A DNA stretch of 64,000 nucleotides from an uncultured Lentisphaeraceae bacterium. GTDB lineage: Bacteria; Verrucomicrobiota; Kiritimatiellia; RFP12; DVOR01. Under the pieces are notes generated by a model. That model ran no database searches, had not been told where the DNA came from, and was given only the letters and a program-made list of their open reading frames with translations. The position numbers and the translations under genes were made by a program. The DNA lies in assembly GCA_937892925.1 (NCBI GenBank), contig CALBHX010000028.1, forward strand, positions 3,392 through 67,391, written 5' to 3'. Positions 51,544-61,153 of this stretch are shown here, in pieces. Position 1 is the stretch's first letter. Each line of letters starts with the position of its first letter.

Positions 51544-54162
51544 ATGTTAAACTTCAAGCAACTGGATACCCCAAGCCTCATCAAGTGGGCCATTTTGGCC
51601 GTCTTGGTGGCGTTTTCCTGCTGGGTTACCTTCCCCGTTAAAGAACATGTCCGCCTGGGGCTTGACCTCAAGGGCGGCACCAGCTTTACCGTTCAAATCG
51701 ATGAGCCCCGGTTGATCGAAGATCTCAAAGCCGAAGGCTATGCCGCCGCAGGGCTCACCCCCGAAACCGCCACAGCCGAACAAACCGCCAACATCGAAGC
51801 GAAAGCCAAAGCTGATGCGCAGGTTCTCATGGCCGATGCCGATGATCTGACGCTGGAGGTGCTCCGCAAACGCATTGACGCCTTGGGCACCAACGAGCCC
51901 ATCATTGCCAAGGCTAACGGGCACCGTATTCTCATCCAAATCCCTGGAGCCGATGCAGCGCAGGCCGCCGCCGCCGAGAAGTCCGTGAAAAGCGCGGCCT
52001 TCCTCACCTTTCGCCTGGTTCACAAAGATAACGATCGTCTGGTGCGCGGCGTGCTCGATTCCACTCGCACCCCCGAAGGCTTCGAGCGCAGCACCTGCAG
52101 CGGGCGCGTCTGCTTCGTTCGTTCACAAGCCTACAATACGCTGTCGGAACAACCCGATTACGCCGTTAAACTGGGGCGTTTCGCAGCCCCTTCCGCGCTG
52201 TATGAATGTGTAATGGAAGAAATCGGCAAGGATCCCGCCGGGCGCGATGCTTACTTGCCCATGTTTCTCTCTCGCAGCCGCGAAGCGACCATCCCCGGCT
52301 CAACGGTGGCTTCCGCACGCCCCAGCAAGAACCCCACCACCGGTAAAGTCGTGGTGGATGTAGAGTTCAACTCTGAAGGCACCGCCGCGTTTGCCAAGCT
52401 TACCGGCCGTTATGTCGGCCGCCAGTTGGCAATCGTGCTCGACAACACCGTCCGTTCTGCACCCGTGCTCCGCTCGGAAATCTCCGACGGCCGCTGTGAG
52501 ATCTCCGGGGGCTTCACGTGGCGCGAAGCGTCCAACCTTACCGGCGTACTTAACGCCGGTGCACTCAAAGCTCCTATCCGCGTGATCGAAACCCGTTCGG
52601 TTTCGCCGAGCCTGGGCAATGAAGCCATCAGCAAAGGCGCCCTTTCTGCCGCAATCGGCGTGCTCGCAGTCTTTATCTTCATGCTTTTCTACTACCTCTG
52701 CTGCGGTATCATTGCCGACATTGCCCTGCTGCTTAATATGATATTGTGGCCCGCCGGCATGATTGTGGCCTCCGGCATCATGAGCACGTTCGTCGTAGAC
52801 GGAACCGGTAGCACCTCCCTTGGGCAGCTCCCCGTGCTCACGCTCCCGGGTATCGCAGGTCTTGTTCTTTCCGTCGGCATGGCCGTTGATGCAAACGTGC
52901 TGATCTTTGAGCGGATGCGTGAAGAATTCCGCTTGGGTAAAACGGCGAAAGGCGCCGTGGCGGCCGGTTATGACCGCGCATTCCTGGCAATCTTCGACTC
53001 CAACCTGACCACGCTGATCACCGGCGTCATCCTCTTCATCTTCGGTTCCGGCCCCATCCGCGGTTTTGCCGTTACCCTCTGCGGCGGTATCATCATCTCC
53101 ATGTTCACCGCCCTGGTGATCACCCGCCTGATCTTCAATCTGACGACAGGCGATACCACCAAGCCCTTCAAAATGCTCCAGTGGGTGCCCGAGAATATCA
53201 ACTTCGATTTTCTCAAATGGGCCAAGCCCGTTTCCGCCATTGCCGCGTTGGTGATTATCGTTACCCTCGGCATCTTCTTTACCCGGGCATACCGTAATCC
53301 AGCCAGCGTTATGGCCGTAGACTTCACCGGCGGTGTGGCGCTTACCTACGAGGCCATCGATAAGAAGGACAACGCCACCATCCACGCCCTTGACACCGAG
53401 AAAGTGCGCCAGGTGGTTCACAGCACAGGCGTAACCGATGAAACCGTCCAGAGTTCCACCGGCGAAGGCGGCAAAGTTCAAACCCTCGTCAAAACCTCTA
53501 CAGTGAACCTGACCGTTAACGGCGAAGAAACCGACTCGGCCAAAGTCATCGAAAAGGCACTCGATGAAGCCTATCCAGAATACACCGTTCGCCTCGTGAG
53601 CAAAGATCTTGTCGGTTCGCAGATCGGTGCGGAGCTGAAAAAAGATGCCACCTGGGCAATCATCCTCTCGCTCATCTGCATCATTGCCTACGTCAGTTTC
53701 CGCTTCCAGTTTGGGTTTGCCCTCGGCGGTGTGGTGGCGCTTGCCCATGATGCCCTTATCACACTGGGCATCTACACCATCTGCGGCAATCAGGTAAGCT
53801 TGACCACGGTAGCCGCCTTGCTGACGATTGTAGGTTATTCGATCAACGATACAATCGTGGCCTTCGACCGGATTCGCGAGCTGATGCACCGCGATGCTAC
53901 CACACCCTTCCCCGAGCTGGTACGCAAAGCATTGAATCAGACGCTTAGCCGGACGCTCCTGACCACACTTTCCACCTTGCTCCCCGTAGCAGCGCTTTAC
54001 TTCTTCGGCGGAGCTGCCATGCACGACTTTGCCTTCGCACTCTTCGTAGGCATGGTGGCCGGCACGTACTCCACGCTCTTTATCGCCCCGCTCGTTACGC
54101 TTTGGTTCTATCGCGGCAAACGCCCGCAAGCAGCCGTAGAAGCCAAACACGAGCAGCCCTAA
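51544..54162 (+). CDS. secDF: protein-export membrane protein SecDF (fused SecD-SecF, 872 aa)
   Basis: SecD periplasmic domain and TM bundle, followed in frame by SecF-like TM region (LGIYTICGNQVSLTTVAALLTIVGYSINDTIVAFDRIRE). Confidence 0.9.
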   Translation: MLNFKQLDTPSLIKWAILAVLVAFSCWVTFPVKEHVRLGLDLKGGTSFTVQIDEPRLIEDLKAEGYAAAGLTPETATAEQTANIEAKAKADAQVLMADADDLTLEVLRKRIDALGTNEPIIAKANGHRILIQIPGADAAQAAAAEKSVKSAAFLTFRLVHKDNDRLVRGVLDSTRTPEGFERSTCSGRVCFVRSQAYNTLSEQPDYAVKLGRFAAPSALYECVMEEIGKDPAGRDAYLPMFLSRSREATIPGSTVASARPSKNPTTGKVVVDVEFNSEGTAAFAKLTGRYVGRQLAIVLDNTVRSAPVLRSEISDGRCEISGGFTWREASNLTGVLNAGALKAPIRVIETRSVSPSLGNEAISKGALSAAIGVLAVFIFMLFYYLCCGIIADIALLLNMILWPAGMIVASGIMSTFVVDGTGSTSLGQLPVLTLPGIAGLVLSVGMAVDANVLIFERMREEFRLGKTAKGAVAAGYDRAFLAIFDSNLTTLITGVILFIFGSGPIRGFAVTLCGGIIISMFTALVITRLIFNLTTGDTTKPFKMLQWVPENINFDFLKWAKPVSAIAALVIIVTLGIFFTRAYRNPASVMAVDFTGGVALTYEAIDKKDNATIHALDTEKVRQVVHSTGVTDETVQSSTGEGGKVQTLVKTSTVNLTVNGEETDSAKVIEKALDEAYPEYTVRLVSKDLVGSQIGAELKKDATWAIILSLICIIAYVSFRFQFGFALGGVVALAHDALITLGIYTICGNQVSLTTVAALLTIVGYSINDTIVAFDRIRELMHRDATTPFPELVRKALNQTLSRTLLTTLSTLLPVAALYFFGGAAMHDFAFALFVGMVAGTYSTLFIAPLVTLWFYRGKRPQAAVEAKHEQP

Positions 54163-54216
54163 ACGGCTTGGAGCAAATCCGCTTGCATCCGGGCAGAATC
54201 CGCCTGGATGCCCTCT

Positions 54217-54304
54217 GGAGAGGTGGCAGAGCGGTCGAATGCGGCGGTCTTGAAAACCGTTGAATCGCAAGATTCCGGGGGTTCGAATCCCTCCCTCTCC
54301 GCCA
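54217..54304 (+). tRNA. tRNA-Ser (anticodon UGA), class II with long variable arm
   Basis: Acceptor GGAGAGG/CCTCTCC, anticodon stem GCGGT/ACCGT with loop CTTGAAA, long variable arm, T-arm GGGGGTTCGAATCCCTC, and 3' GCCA. Confidence 0.85.
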
Positions 54305-54618
54305 TCATTTTTGACACCTAGAAAGAGTCGGCTGCCCGGCTCTTTCTCATGTCTTGGAATTGCCCCATTGTTTGGGCGTTTTTGTTCCGTTAGCGCGGGA
54401 GCGGAATCGCTGTTGCTTTCGGGGGAGAACAGCACGTATTCACGTTGAGGACGATATCGTAACTGGAATGGAGCCGTCGAGTCTGGGATACTGCAAGCTT
54501 GACATTGAAGTATTGAACGACATATGATGGAACGGGACGTGGCTCGGAGAATAACTCATTCGTGCGGATTATCAGAACATTCCGGCTGACGACATGGTTG
54601 CATTTCTTAGGATGACAT

Positions 54619-55671
54619 GTGGTTAATGATAACGTTCGAATAAAAACCGACTCAGGCGAGAGAGTAGACGCGTTGGCGCCTGTCATTGTTTCCGCTAGCC
54701 GCTCTACCGACATCCCGGCATTCTACGCCAGGTGGTTCTTTAACCGACTCAAACGCGGATACTGTGTCTGGTACAATCCCTTTAATCAAAAACCCTCATA
54801 CGTTTCGTTTGCCAAATGCAAGGTCATTGTATTTTGGACAAAAAACCCTGCCCCGATCATACCTTTTCTCCCTGAACTTGATCGTCGAGGAATTCACTAT
54901 TATTTCCAAGTCACACTTAACGATTATGTCCGTGAAGGGTTGGAGCCGAATGTTCCTTCGATTGAAGAACGGGTGGAGACCTTCAAGCGGCTTTCGGCGC
55001 TGATTGGGAAAGAGCGCGTGATTTGGCGCTTCGATCCTCTAATCCTGACCGAGACCCTCACGCCTAGAGAAATACTTAAGAAAATCTGGCGTGTAGGCAA
55101 CCTCATCAAAGGAACTACTGAAAAATTGGTGTTCAGTTTTGTCGATATCTCCGCTTATAAGAAAGTCCAACATAACTTAGTCAGGGGAACGAAGGCTTTC
55201 AACTTCGGCAATGTGATGTCAGCAGAAATGACAACAGATCAGCGAAGAGAAGTTGTCGAGGGGCTTGTTAAGATTCGGCAGTCATGGTCTCGTGAGGGGT
55301 GGCACGTAACAATGGCAACGTGTGGAGAGGCGTTCGATTACTCGGCATATGGCGTGGAGAGGAATTGCTGTATTGATGGGTCTCTGATGGAGCGCGTGTT
55401 TGGCGACGACAAGGGGCTTGTCTCCTTTCTAAAGACTGGAAAGATTGCAGAACCCGACTTGTTTGGAGCCTATCCTTCACTGCCTGTTGTCGGAAAGAAT
55501 CTCAAGGATAAGGGACAGCGTAAGGCGTGTGGTTGTATGATAAGTAAAGATATTGGTCTGTATAACACATGCCGCCATTTCTGTATCTATTGCTATGCAA
55601 ATACCAGCAGAACGTGCGTACTGAAGAACGTTGCAAGACACCGTGACGAGAACGAAAGTATCATTTGGTAA
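54619..55671 (+). CDS. DUF1848-family protein with C-terminal Cys cluster
   Basis: GTG start, the only in-frame start after a stop 1 codon upstream. Conserved N-terminal VIVSASRSTDIPAFYARWF and C-terminal CGCMISKDIGLYNTCRHFCIYCYAN. GC is about 46%, well below the surrounding genome. Family name recalled from memory. Confidence 0.55.
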   Translation: MVNDNVRIKTDSGERVDALAPVIVSASRSTDIPAFYARWFFNRLKRGYCVWYNPFNQKPSYVSFAKCKVIVFWTKNPAPIIPFLPELDRRGIHYYFQVTLNDYVREGLEPNVPSIEERVETFKRLSALIGKERVIWRFDPLILTETLTPREILKKIWRVGNLIKGTTEKLVFSFVDISAYKKVQHNLVRGTKAFNFGNVMSAEMTTDQRREVVEGLVKIRQSWSREGWHVTMATCGEAFDYSAYGVERNCCIDGSLMERVFGDDKGLVSFLKTGKIAEPDLFGAYPSLPVVGKNLKDKGQRKACGCMISKDIGLYNTCRHFCIYCYANTSRTCVLKNVARHRDENESIIW

Positions 55672-55689
55672 AGGGGGCTGGGTGGCGTA

Positions 55690-56097
55690 CTGCTTCCGGG
55701 CACGTTCGAGTCCACTGAAATCGTGCCGATAGAGGGCGCCCCTATCGAAGTAGAACGTCGTGATCCGCTCGACCTTGCGTAGCCAGTCTAGATCCCGTCC
55801 ATTCTCGACGATCTTCAGTGGAGCGCCGAAGCGGGGCTCTCAGCTCCTTGCAGATCTTCCACACGCGGCCTCCGCCCCTTGATCACATCTTGCAGAAGCT
55901 CGATGTGCTTAGCGAAGCGTTCCTCCATTCCGACGTACCGCTGCAGCCGACAATGGCGCGATCTGGCTTATCCTCCTTCAGGATCCGTTCGAGACGATGG
56001 CCGGAGCCGTTCTCGAGGGCGAAGAGGAAGTCAGTGCCAGGGCTCCACTTCTTGCTGCTCGACATCATCTGCGTGCGGAGGCGGCGATGGCCGCCGC
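55690..56097 (-). pseudogene. candidate frameshifted gene remnant between DUF1848 and rtcR
   Basis: Three consecutive minus-strand frame segments each read protein-like but are interrupted by frame changes and lack a start: ...DFLFALENGSGHRLERILKEDKPDRAIVGCSGT / VGMEERFAKHIELLQDVIKGRRPRVEDLQGAESP / LKIVENGRDLDWLRKVERITTFYFDRGALYRHDFSGLERARKQY. Confidence 0.3.
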
Positions 56098-57732
56098 CTA
56101 GGCTCTGACAATTTCCTTGAATTTCAGGCCGAACCTGGCGAGGAACTTGGTCAGACGATCCGAGTCGTTAGCGTTTGCTTTGGCCTTTCGCGAGATGGCG
56201 AAGAGTCGTTTCGCAGCGTCCGCCGCCGTGTCGCAGCAGCGGCAGACGGCGATCACATGAGCGAGCATCGCAATGTCGGTGCTGTCGAAGCGGGAAAAGA
56301 AGTCCGATCCGAGGACCCGCGACAACTCGTCGAAGTTTGCGAATGGGATGACCGTTGCTTTCGGATCGCAGCGGATGGCTGGCCGTTGGGCTCTTCTGCT
56401 TCGGGCGATTTCGTCTTCGACAAGATCCTCGGTGATGCGTCCGCCATCGGAAAGCGTGGCCATACGGACGACCATTGCGTTCAGGTCGCGGAAGTTTCCC
56501 GGCCAGAGATTGTCGGGATCGAGCGCGAAGGCAAGAAAACGTTCGCGAGCCTCCTTATTGAATGTGATGTGTTTCCCGGACTTCGAAGTAAAATTGTCGA
56601 GTTCGTAGGTGAGGTTGGGCTCGATATCTTCGCGGCGTTCTGCGAGACCTGGGAGCTCAAAGCTCCAGAGGTTGATACGGACGAGCAGGTCTGCACGGAA
56701 TTTCCTGTCGGCGACATCGATCGAGAGATCACGGTTCGTTCCGCAGATGATCTGGAAGTCGCTGTGTTCGTCATCCGTTGCACCCAGTGGACGAAAGGTC
56801 TTCTCCTCAATGGCTTTAAGAAGCATGGCCTGAGCCTCGAGGGGGAGCTCCCCGATCTCGTCGAGAAAGAGGATGCCGCCATCAGCCTCCTTGAGATAGC
56901 CATCGTGGTTCGCCTCTGCGCCGGTGAATGCGCCTTTTTTATAACCGAAGAGAGCCGCCTTTGCGAGTTCTCCGCCAAGCGTTGCACAGTTGACATCAAC
57001 GAATCTGCCGCCGACTTGTCCGTTCTGTTTCTTCAGCTTGAAGATTTGGTTGGCAAGCTGGCTCTTGCCTACGCCGGTGGGCCCGGTCAGGAGGATAGGA
57101 TCGGAGGAACGAGCCGAGACGCGTTCGATGGTCTCGATAAGTTTGTTAAACGCCTTATTCCTCGTTTTAATGCCTCTTTTGAGGAACGAGAGGTCGTCCT
57201 GCCGTTCACCCTCGAAACGCTTGGCGAGCTTGTCGTAGCGAGAGAGGTCGAGGTCGATGATGCTGCAGGTGCCCTTGGAGTCGTTCGAGTGCCGGACGTG
57301 CCCCTCCTTGGGCGATGTCTGGATGAGCTTGCCGGGTAAATGCCGGGATTCGGCCAGGAGAAAGAGGCAGATCTGCTCAACATGTGAGCCGGTTGACATA
57401 TGGATGTAGTACTGGGTTCGCTCCTCGTGAAAGCATGGGCTTTTGGCGTAGTCGTAGAACTTTGCGTAGACTTCCTCGAAATCCCACGGGTCTTTCAGGT
57501 CGATGACGTCGAAGACCACTTCCGTTCCCGGCGAGACAGCGTTGATGTCGCGTTTGATTCGTTCTGCGAGCGTCGAAAATTCCGCATTGAAGATGAGGTG
57601 CAGCTCATCGATCGAAAGCTCGTCTTGTTGAACGAGGCCGATGTTGGGACGCCAAGTACCCCAACGCCCCGGACCGTGACCGCCGCGAGCATCCTTCTGT
57701 GTACCGAGGACGGAGATGACTGTGGTTTTCAT
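56098..57732 (-). CDS. rtcR: sigma54-dependent transcriptional activator RtcR (N-terminal CARF-type sensor, AAA+ sigma54-interaction domain, C-terminal HTH)
   Basis: N-terminus closely resembles E. coli RtcR (AVSPGTEVVFDVIDLKDPWDFEEVYA, IHMSTGSHVEQICLFLLAESRHLPGKLIQTSP). Central domain has Walker A LTGPTGVGKS, GAFTGA and GGILFLDEIGEL; it lies divergent from the rtcAB operon. Confidence 0.9.
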   Translation of the reverse strand: MKTTVISVLGTQKDARGGHGPGRWGTWRPNIGLVQQDELSIDELHLIFNAEFSTLAERIKRDINAVSPGTEVVFDVIDLKDPWDFEEVYAKFYDYAKSPCFHEERTQYYIHMSTGSHVEQICLFLLAESRHLPGKLIQTSPKEGHVRHSNDSKGTCSIIDLDLSRYDKLAKRFEGERQDDLSFLKRGIKTRNKAFNKLIETIERVSARSSDPILLTGPTGVGKSQLANQIFKLKKQNGQVGGRFVDVNCATLGGELAKAALFGYKKGAFTGAEANHDGYLKEADGGILFLDEIGELPLEAQAMLLKAIEEKTFRPLGATDDEHSDFQIICGTNRDLSIDVADRKFRADLLVRINLWSFELPGLAERREDIEPNLTYELDNFTSKSGKHITFNKEARERFLAFALDPDNLWPGNFRDLNAMVVRMATLSDGGRITEDLVEDEIARSRRAQRPAIRCDPKATVIPFANFDELSRVLGSDFFSRFDSTDIAMLAHVIAVCRCCDTAADAAKRLFAISRKAKANANDSDRLTKFLARFGLKFKEIVRA

Positions 57733-57946
57733 GGGAACGTATCATACCAAAACTTCATTCATAAAATATCTGAGATGATATGAAATATCTAATTAGCATA
57801 ACCGCTTTTTGACGATTCAAATCTACAGAAGGATTTTAAGACCGATCATAGCAATACGACATCATCTGCTATTTTCAGCATCGGGATGCTTGAACCGAAA
57901 TATTCTGCCGTGCCGACGCCTCTAGCGTCGATTATCTTTGTTGTTT

Positions 57947-57962
57947 TGGCACGTGTCTTGCA
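57947..57962 (+). promoter_or_regulatory. sigma54 (-24/-12) promoter TGGCAC-GTGTC-TTGCA driving the AAA-ATPase/rtcAB operon
   Basis: Exact match to the TGGCAC-N5-TTGCW consensus in the rtcR/operon divergent intergenic region, about 105 nt upstream of the first gene. Confidence 0.75.
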
Positions 57963-58069
57963 ATAAGTGGGCGTCATCGAAACCGCTCAATGGTCAAGCA
58001 TCTCACTTTTTATGAGACCGCCGCTGGTTCGAATTCAGCCACCCAAGCCAATTGAAGGAGAAATTGAAG

Positions 58070-59176
58070 ATGAAGGTCATCAAGACCAACAACACGATTC
58101 ATCTCTACCGGGATGACGTTGAGACGTACGACCGAATCCCCGTCGGGACGTACACAATATGTTTCGCCAAGAATGTCGGATTCTATCTTACGACCAGGAA
58201 CGACATGGCCGTGGAAGAGAAGGTATACGGCTGCCATCCCGAAAAAGCTCGAAAGGTTCTGGCCTCGTTCAGGGATTTCAGCCGGAGCCTTGGCGTGATC
58301 ATGAGCGGAGCCAAGGGGATCGGGAAATCGATATCGGCCAAGCTGATCGCGAAAGAAGCGATTTTCGGCGGAATGCCGGTCATCGTCTGCGACCAGTACG
58401 TCCCCGGCATCGCATCGTTCATCGAATCCATCGAGCAGGAGGTGATGATCCTGTTCGATGAATTCGACAAGGTCTTCGCGAAGACGGATGACGAGAACCC
58501 GCAGGCAAGCATGCTGAGCCTCTTCGACGGAACCGCTGTCGGGAAAAAGCTGTATGTGGTAACGTGCAACGCTCTGACCGGACTCAACGACTACCTCGTC
58601 AACCGCCCAGGACGATTCCACTACCACTTCCGATTCGACTATCCGGACGCGGACGGCATCCGCGAATATCTCCGCGACAAGGTGTCAGAAGAAGGCCGCG
58701 GACAAATCGAAGACGTCGTAAACTTCTCCGAGAAGGTCAACCTCAACTACGATTGCCTGCGGTCAATTGCGTTCGAGATCAATCATGGGGCCACGTTTGC
58801 AGAGGCGATCAGAGACCTCAACATCGTCAGCCTGGGCGAAGAGCGTTACACGCTCGTGCTGCGTATGACGAACGGGGCAACGTTTCAGGCGGCTCCCGTC
58901 TGCATCGACCTATTCGACAAGGGCGCGCGTGCACGCTTCTGGATGAAACGCTGCGGATCCGGCCGCGGATGCTATGCGGAGTTCTGCGTTGGGGACGTGC
59001 AGCTCGACGTGACGAACGGCAAACTCTCGGTCGTGAAGGAGTTCATCAGCGTTGACAACCCCTACGACGACAATGAGGACGACTGCGGGAACCGTCTGCG
59101 TTGGGAGCGGGAAATGCATCCCGAAAGCCTGACAATCTACCAGAACCGGGGAAAGTCGCTCCACTATATCCTGTAA
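58070..59176 (+). CDS. classic-clade AAA+ ATPase of unknown function, first gene of the RtcR-controlled operon
   Basis: Walker A GAKGIGKS, Walker B VMILFDEFDK, sensor-1 VVTCN, and SRH/Arg-finger NRPGRFHYHFRFDYP. N-terminal ~75-aa domain and C-terminal ~110-aa Cys-containing domain (CGSGRGCYAEFC) are unassigned. ATG 58070 has a GAAGGAG RBS. Confidence 0.75.
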   Translation: MKVIKTNNTIHLYRDDVETYDRIPVGTYTICFAKNVGFYLTTRNDMAVEEKVYGCHPEKARKVLASFRDFSRSLGVIMSGAKGIGKSISAKLIAKEAIFGGMPVIVCDQYVPGIASFIESIEQEVMILFDEFDKVFAKTDDENPQASMLSLFDGTAVGKKLYVVTCNALTGLNDYLVNRPGRFHYHFRFDYPDADGIREYLRDKVSEEGRGQIEDVVNFSEKVNLNYDCLRSIAFEINHGATFAEAIRDLNIVSLGEERYTLVLRMTNGATFQAAPVCIDLFDKGARARFWMKRCGSGRGCYAEFCVGDVQLDVTNGKLSVVKEFISVDNPYDDNEDDCGNRLRWEREMHPESLTIYQNRGKSLHYIL

Positions 59177-59189
59177 AGGATCGGCGTCG

Positions 59190-60101
59190 GTGCAACAAAA
59201 ATGGAATGAGGACATGAAGAAGGATTTTGACATACACCAAGGGCATGGCAATCACAACGGCTGTCTATGCGAGCCGGAAAAGGACGGGGCGTTCCTTTCC
59301 GAATGGATCCCAAGAAGCATCACGGAAAGCGAGGTGATCGGAGGGACGAAAGAGCCCATCGCGTGCAACTTCGGCGATAATCTGCCGAAGGAAATGCCGA
59401 TGTTGTTCCTCGGCGATACGAAGGCTCCGCTTCGTCTCGGGCTCCTGCTCGCCGTCAAGGAAGCCGGGAAGCAGAACACACTGGTGTCGGTCTACCCGGA
59501 ACACGATGGTGCGGAAGTACGTGTTAAGATCACAGCGATCCACGAATGGGCGGCGGGCGTTGAAGCAACGCTTGAGGGCGAGGTTCTCGACGAGTCGGCG
59601 CGCGAAATCGCGTTCTTCGACACACGCTACGCTTTGAACAAGGGCCGCTACAAAATCGGGAAGACATACGTCTTCCGGCTTTCGGCGTTTGCGTACAGCG
59701 CCGACGTCCTTCCGGAGGAGAACCGCGAGTTCCGCTTTGAGGGCGAGGACGCGGTCAAGCATCGCGAACGCTGTGGGCAGGAACAGGAATATGACGAAGC
59801 CGGGAAACCGAAGCCCGTGGTCTTCCGGATTGAAAGCGCGGTGGCATTCCTACCGAAGTGGGGGCCGTATCCGGATGACGCCGAGTTCCAGTCCCCCGCG
59901 TTCGGGGACGTGAGCGAGTTCACAGCGTTCGGCACGGACTTCTACCGGATCCATGTCGCGATCGCCCGCGATGAAGAAGACGTCGTCATTCCGCTGATCG
60001 CGCGAAAGTCGCTCTTCTCGGTCGCGCCAAAGACGGACGATCCGGTGTACGGAATGCTGTGGCTCCAGGGATACTGTCCGGACGTGGAAAGCGCGGTGTA
60101 G
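59190..60101 (+). CDS. hypothetical protein (303 aa), second gene of the RtcR-controlled operon
   Basis: ORF lies 13 nt after the ATPase gene and ends 3 nt before rtcA; no recognisable domain by eye. Starts at GTG 59190, alternative ATG 59214. Confidence 0.55.
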   Translation: MQQKWNEDMKKDFDIHQGHGNHNGCLCEPEKDGAFLSEWIPRSITESEVIGGTKEPIACNFGDNLPKEMPMLFLGDTKAPLRLGLLLAVKEAGKQNTLVSVYPEHDGAEVRVKITAIHEWAAGVEATLEGEVLDESAREIAFFDTRYALNKGRYKIGKTYVFRLSAFAYSADVLPEENREFRFEGEDAVKHRERCGQEQEYDEAGKPKPVVFRIESAVAFLPKWGPYPDDAEFQSPAFGDVSEFTAFGTDFYRIHVAIARDEEDVVIPLIARKSLFSVAPKTDDPVYGMLWLQGYCPDVESAV

Positions 60102-60104
60102 AAC

Positions 60105-61136
60105 ATGGCGGCTGTCATCACGATAGACGGATCGATAGGCGAAGGCGGAGGACAGATCCTCCGCACGGCTCTTTCGCTGAGCGCGATAACAAAAACGAAC
60201 ATCGCGCTTGGGAAGATCCGGGCGGGGCGCGAGAAGCCGGGGCTGAGGCGTCAGCATCTAACGTGCGTCCGCGCCGTGGCGGAGATCTGCGGAGCAACCG
60301 TGTCAGGAGACGAGATAGGCTCGCAGGAACTCGTATTCGCCCCTGGGAAAATCAAGGCTGGGAACTACCGATTCGATGTTGGCACGGCGGGCAGCGTGAC
60401 GCTCGTCGCGCAGACCACCATCCCGGTGCTCCTGATGGCGGACGGCGTTTCAACGGTAGCGATCACCGGCGGAACCCACGTGCCGTTCGCCCCGATCTGG
60501 GAGTTTTTCGAATCCTGCTACCTGCCGGAACTTCGACGCATGGGCGCAAAGATCGAGGCCAAGCTCGGCTCCTACGGGTTCTCTCCGGCAGCAGGTGGCG
60601 TCGTCGAGCTGCGTGTCTGGCCGTTTGATTCAAACAGGAAGCTCGAATCATACGAGCTGACAGATCTCGGTGTGTACCGTGGCGGCTCGGTCATCGGCGT
60701 CGTCTCCGCGATCCCGAAGTCGATTGCCGAAGCCGAGGTCGGAATCGTGTTGAGGCAGTTTCCAAAACTAGACCTGACGCCCGAAGTGCGCACCATCGAT
60801 TCCTTCGGCCCCGGTAACTACTGTTACGCGAAGCTCGACTACGAGAGAGCATCGGTTGTCTTCTCATCCGTTGGGGCGTTCGACAAGTCGCGCAAGACGG
60901 TCGGCAACGAGGTTGTGCAGGGCGTGAGGAAATTTCTGAAATCCGGCAAGGCTTGCGAGAAACATCTTGCGGATCAGTTACTGGTGCCCCTTGTGGCTCT
61001 TACCGGAAGACATTGCGAAGAAATGTTTCGTGTTGTCTGGTACGACGACTGGACGCTAGGCATACAGAAGAAAACGAAACACTACGAGACGAACAAAAAC
61101 GTCATACAGATGTTCAATATCGACGATACTATCTAG
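60105..61136 (+). CDS. rtcA: RNA 3'-terminal phosphate cyclase
   Basis: Strong similarity to E. coli RtcA N-terminus (IDGSIGEGGGQILRTALSLSAIT, IRAGREKPGLRRQHLTCVRAVAEICGA, GSQELVFAPG). Confidence 0.9.
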   Translation: MAAVITIDGSIGEGGGQILRTALSLSAITKTNIALGKIRAGREKPGLRRQHLTCVRAVAEICGATVSGDEIGSQELVFAPGKIKAGNYRFDVGTAGSVTLVAQTTIPVLLMADGVSTVAITGGTHVPFAPIWEFFESCYLPELRRMGAKIEAKLGSYGFSPAAGGVVELRVWPFDSNRKLESYELTDLGVYRGGSVIGVVSAIPKSIAEAEVGIVLRQFPKLDLTPEVRTIDSFGPGNYCYAKLDYERASVVFSSVGAFDKSRKTVGNEVVQGVRKFLKSGKACEKHLADQLLVPLVALTGRHCEEMFRVVWYDDWTLGIQKKTKHYETNKNVIQMFNIDDTI

Positions 61137-61153
61137 ACAAGAGGTATTTGGGA

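Noticed and set aside
55879-57339. 486-aa plus-strand ORF
   Set aside because: Antisense to rtcR, whose CARF and sigma54-interaction motifs are clear; shadow ORF.
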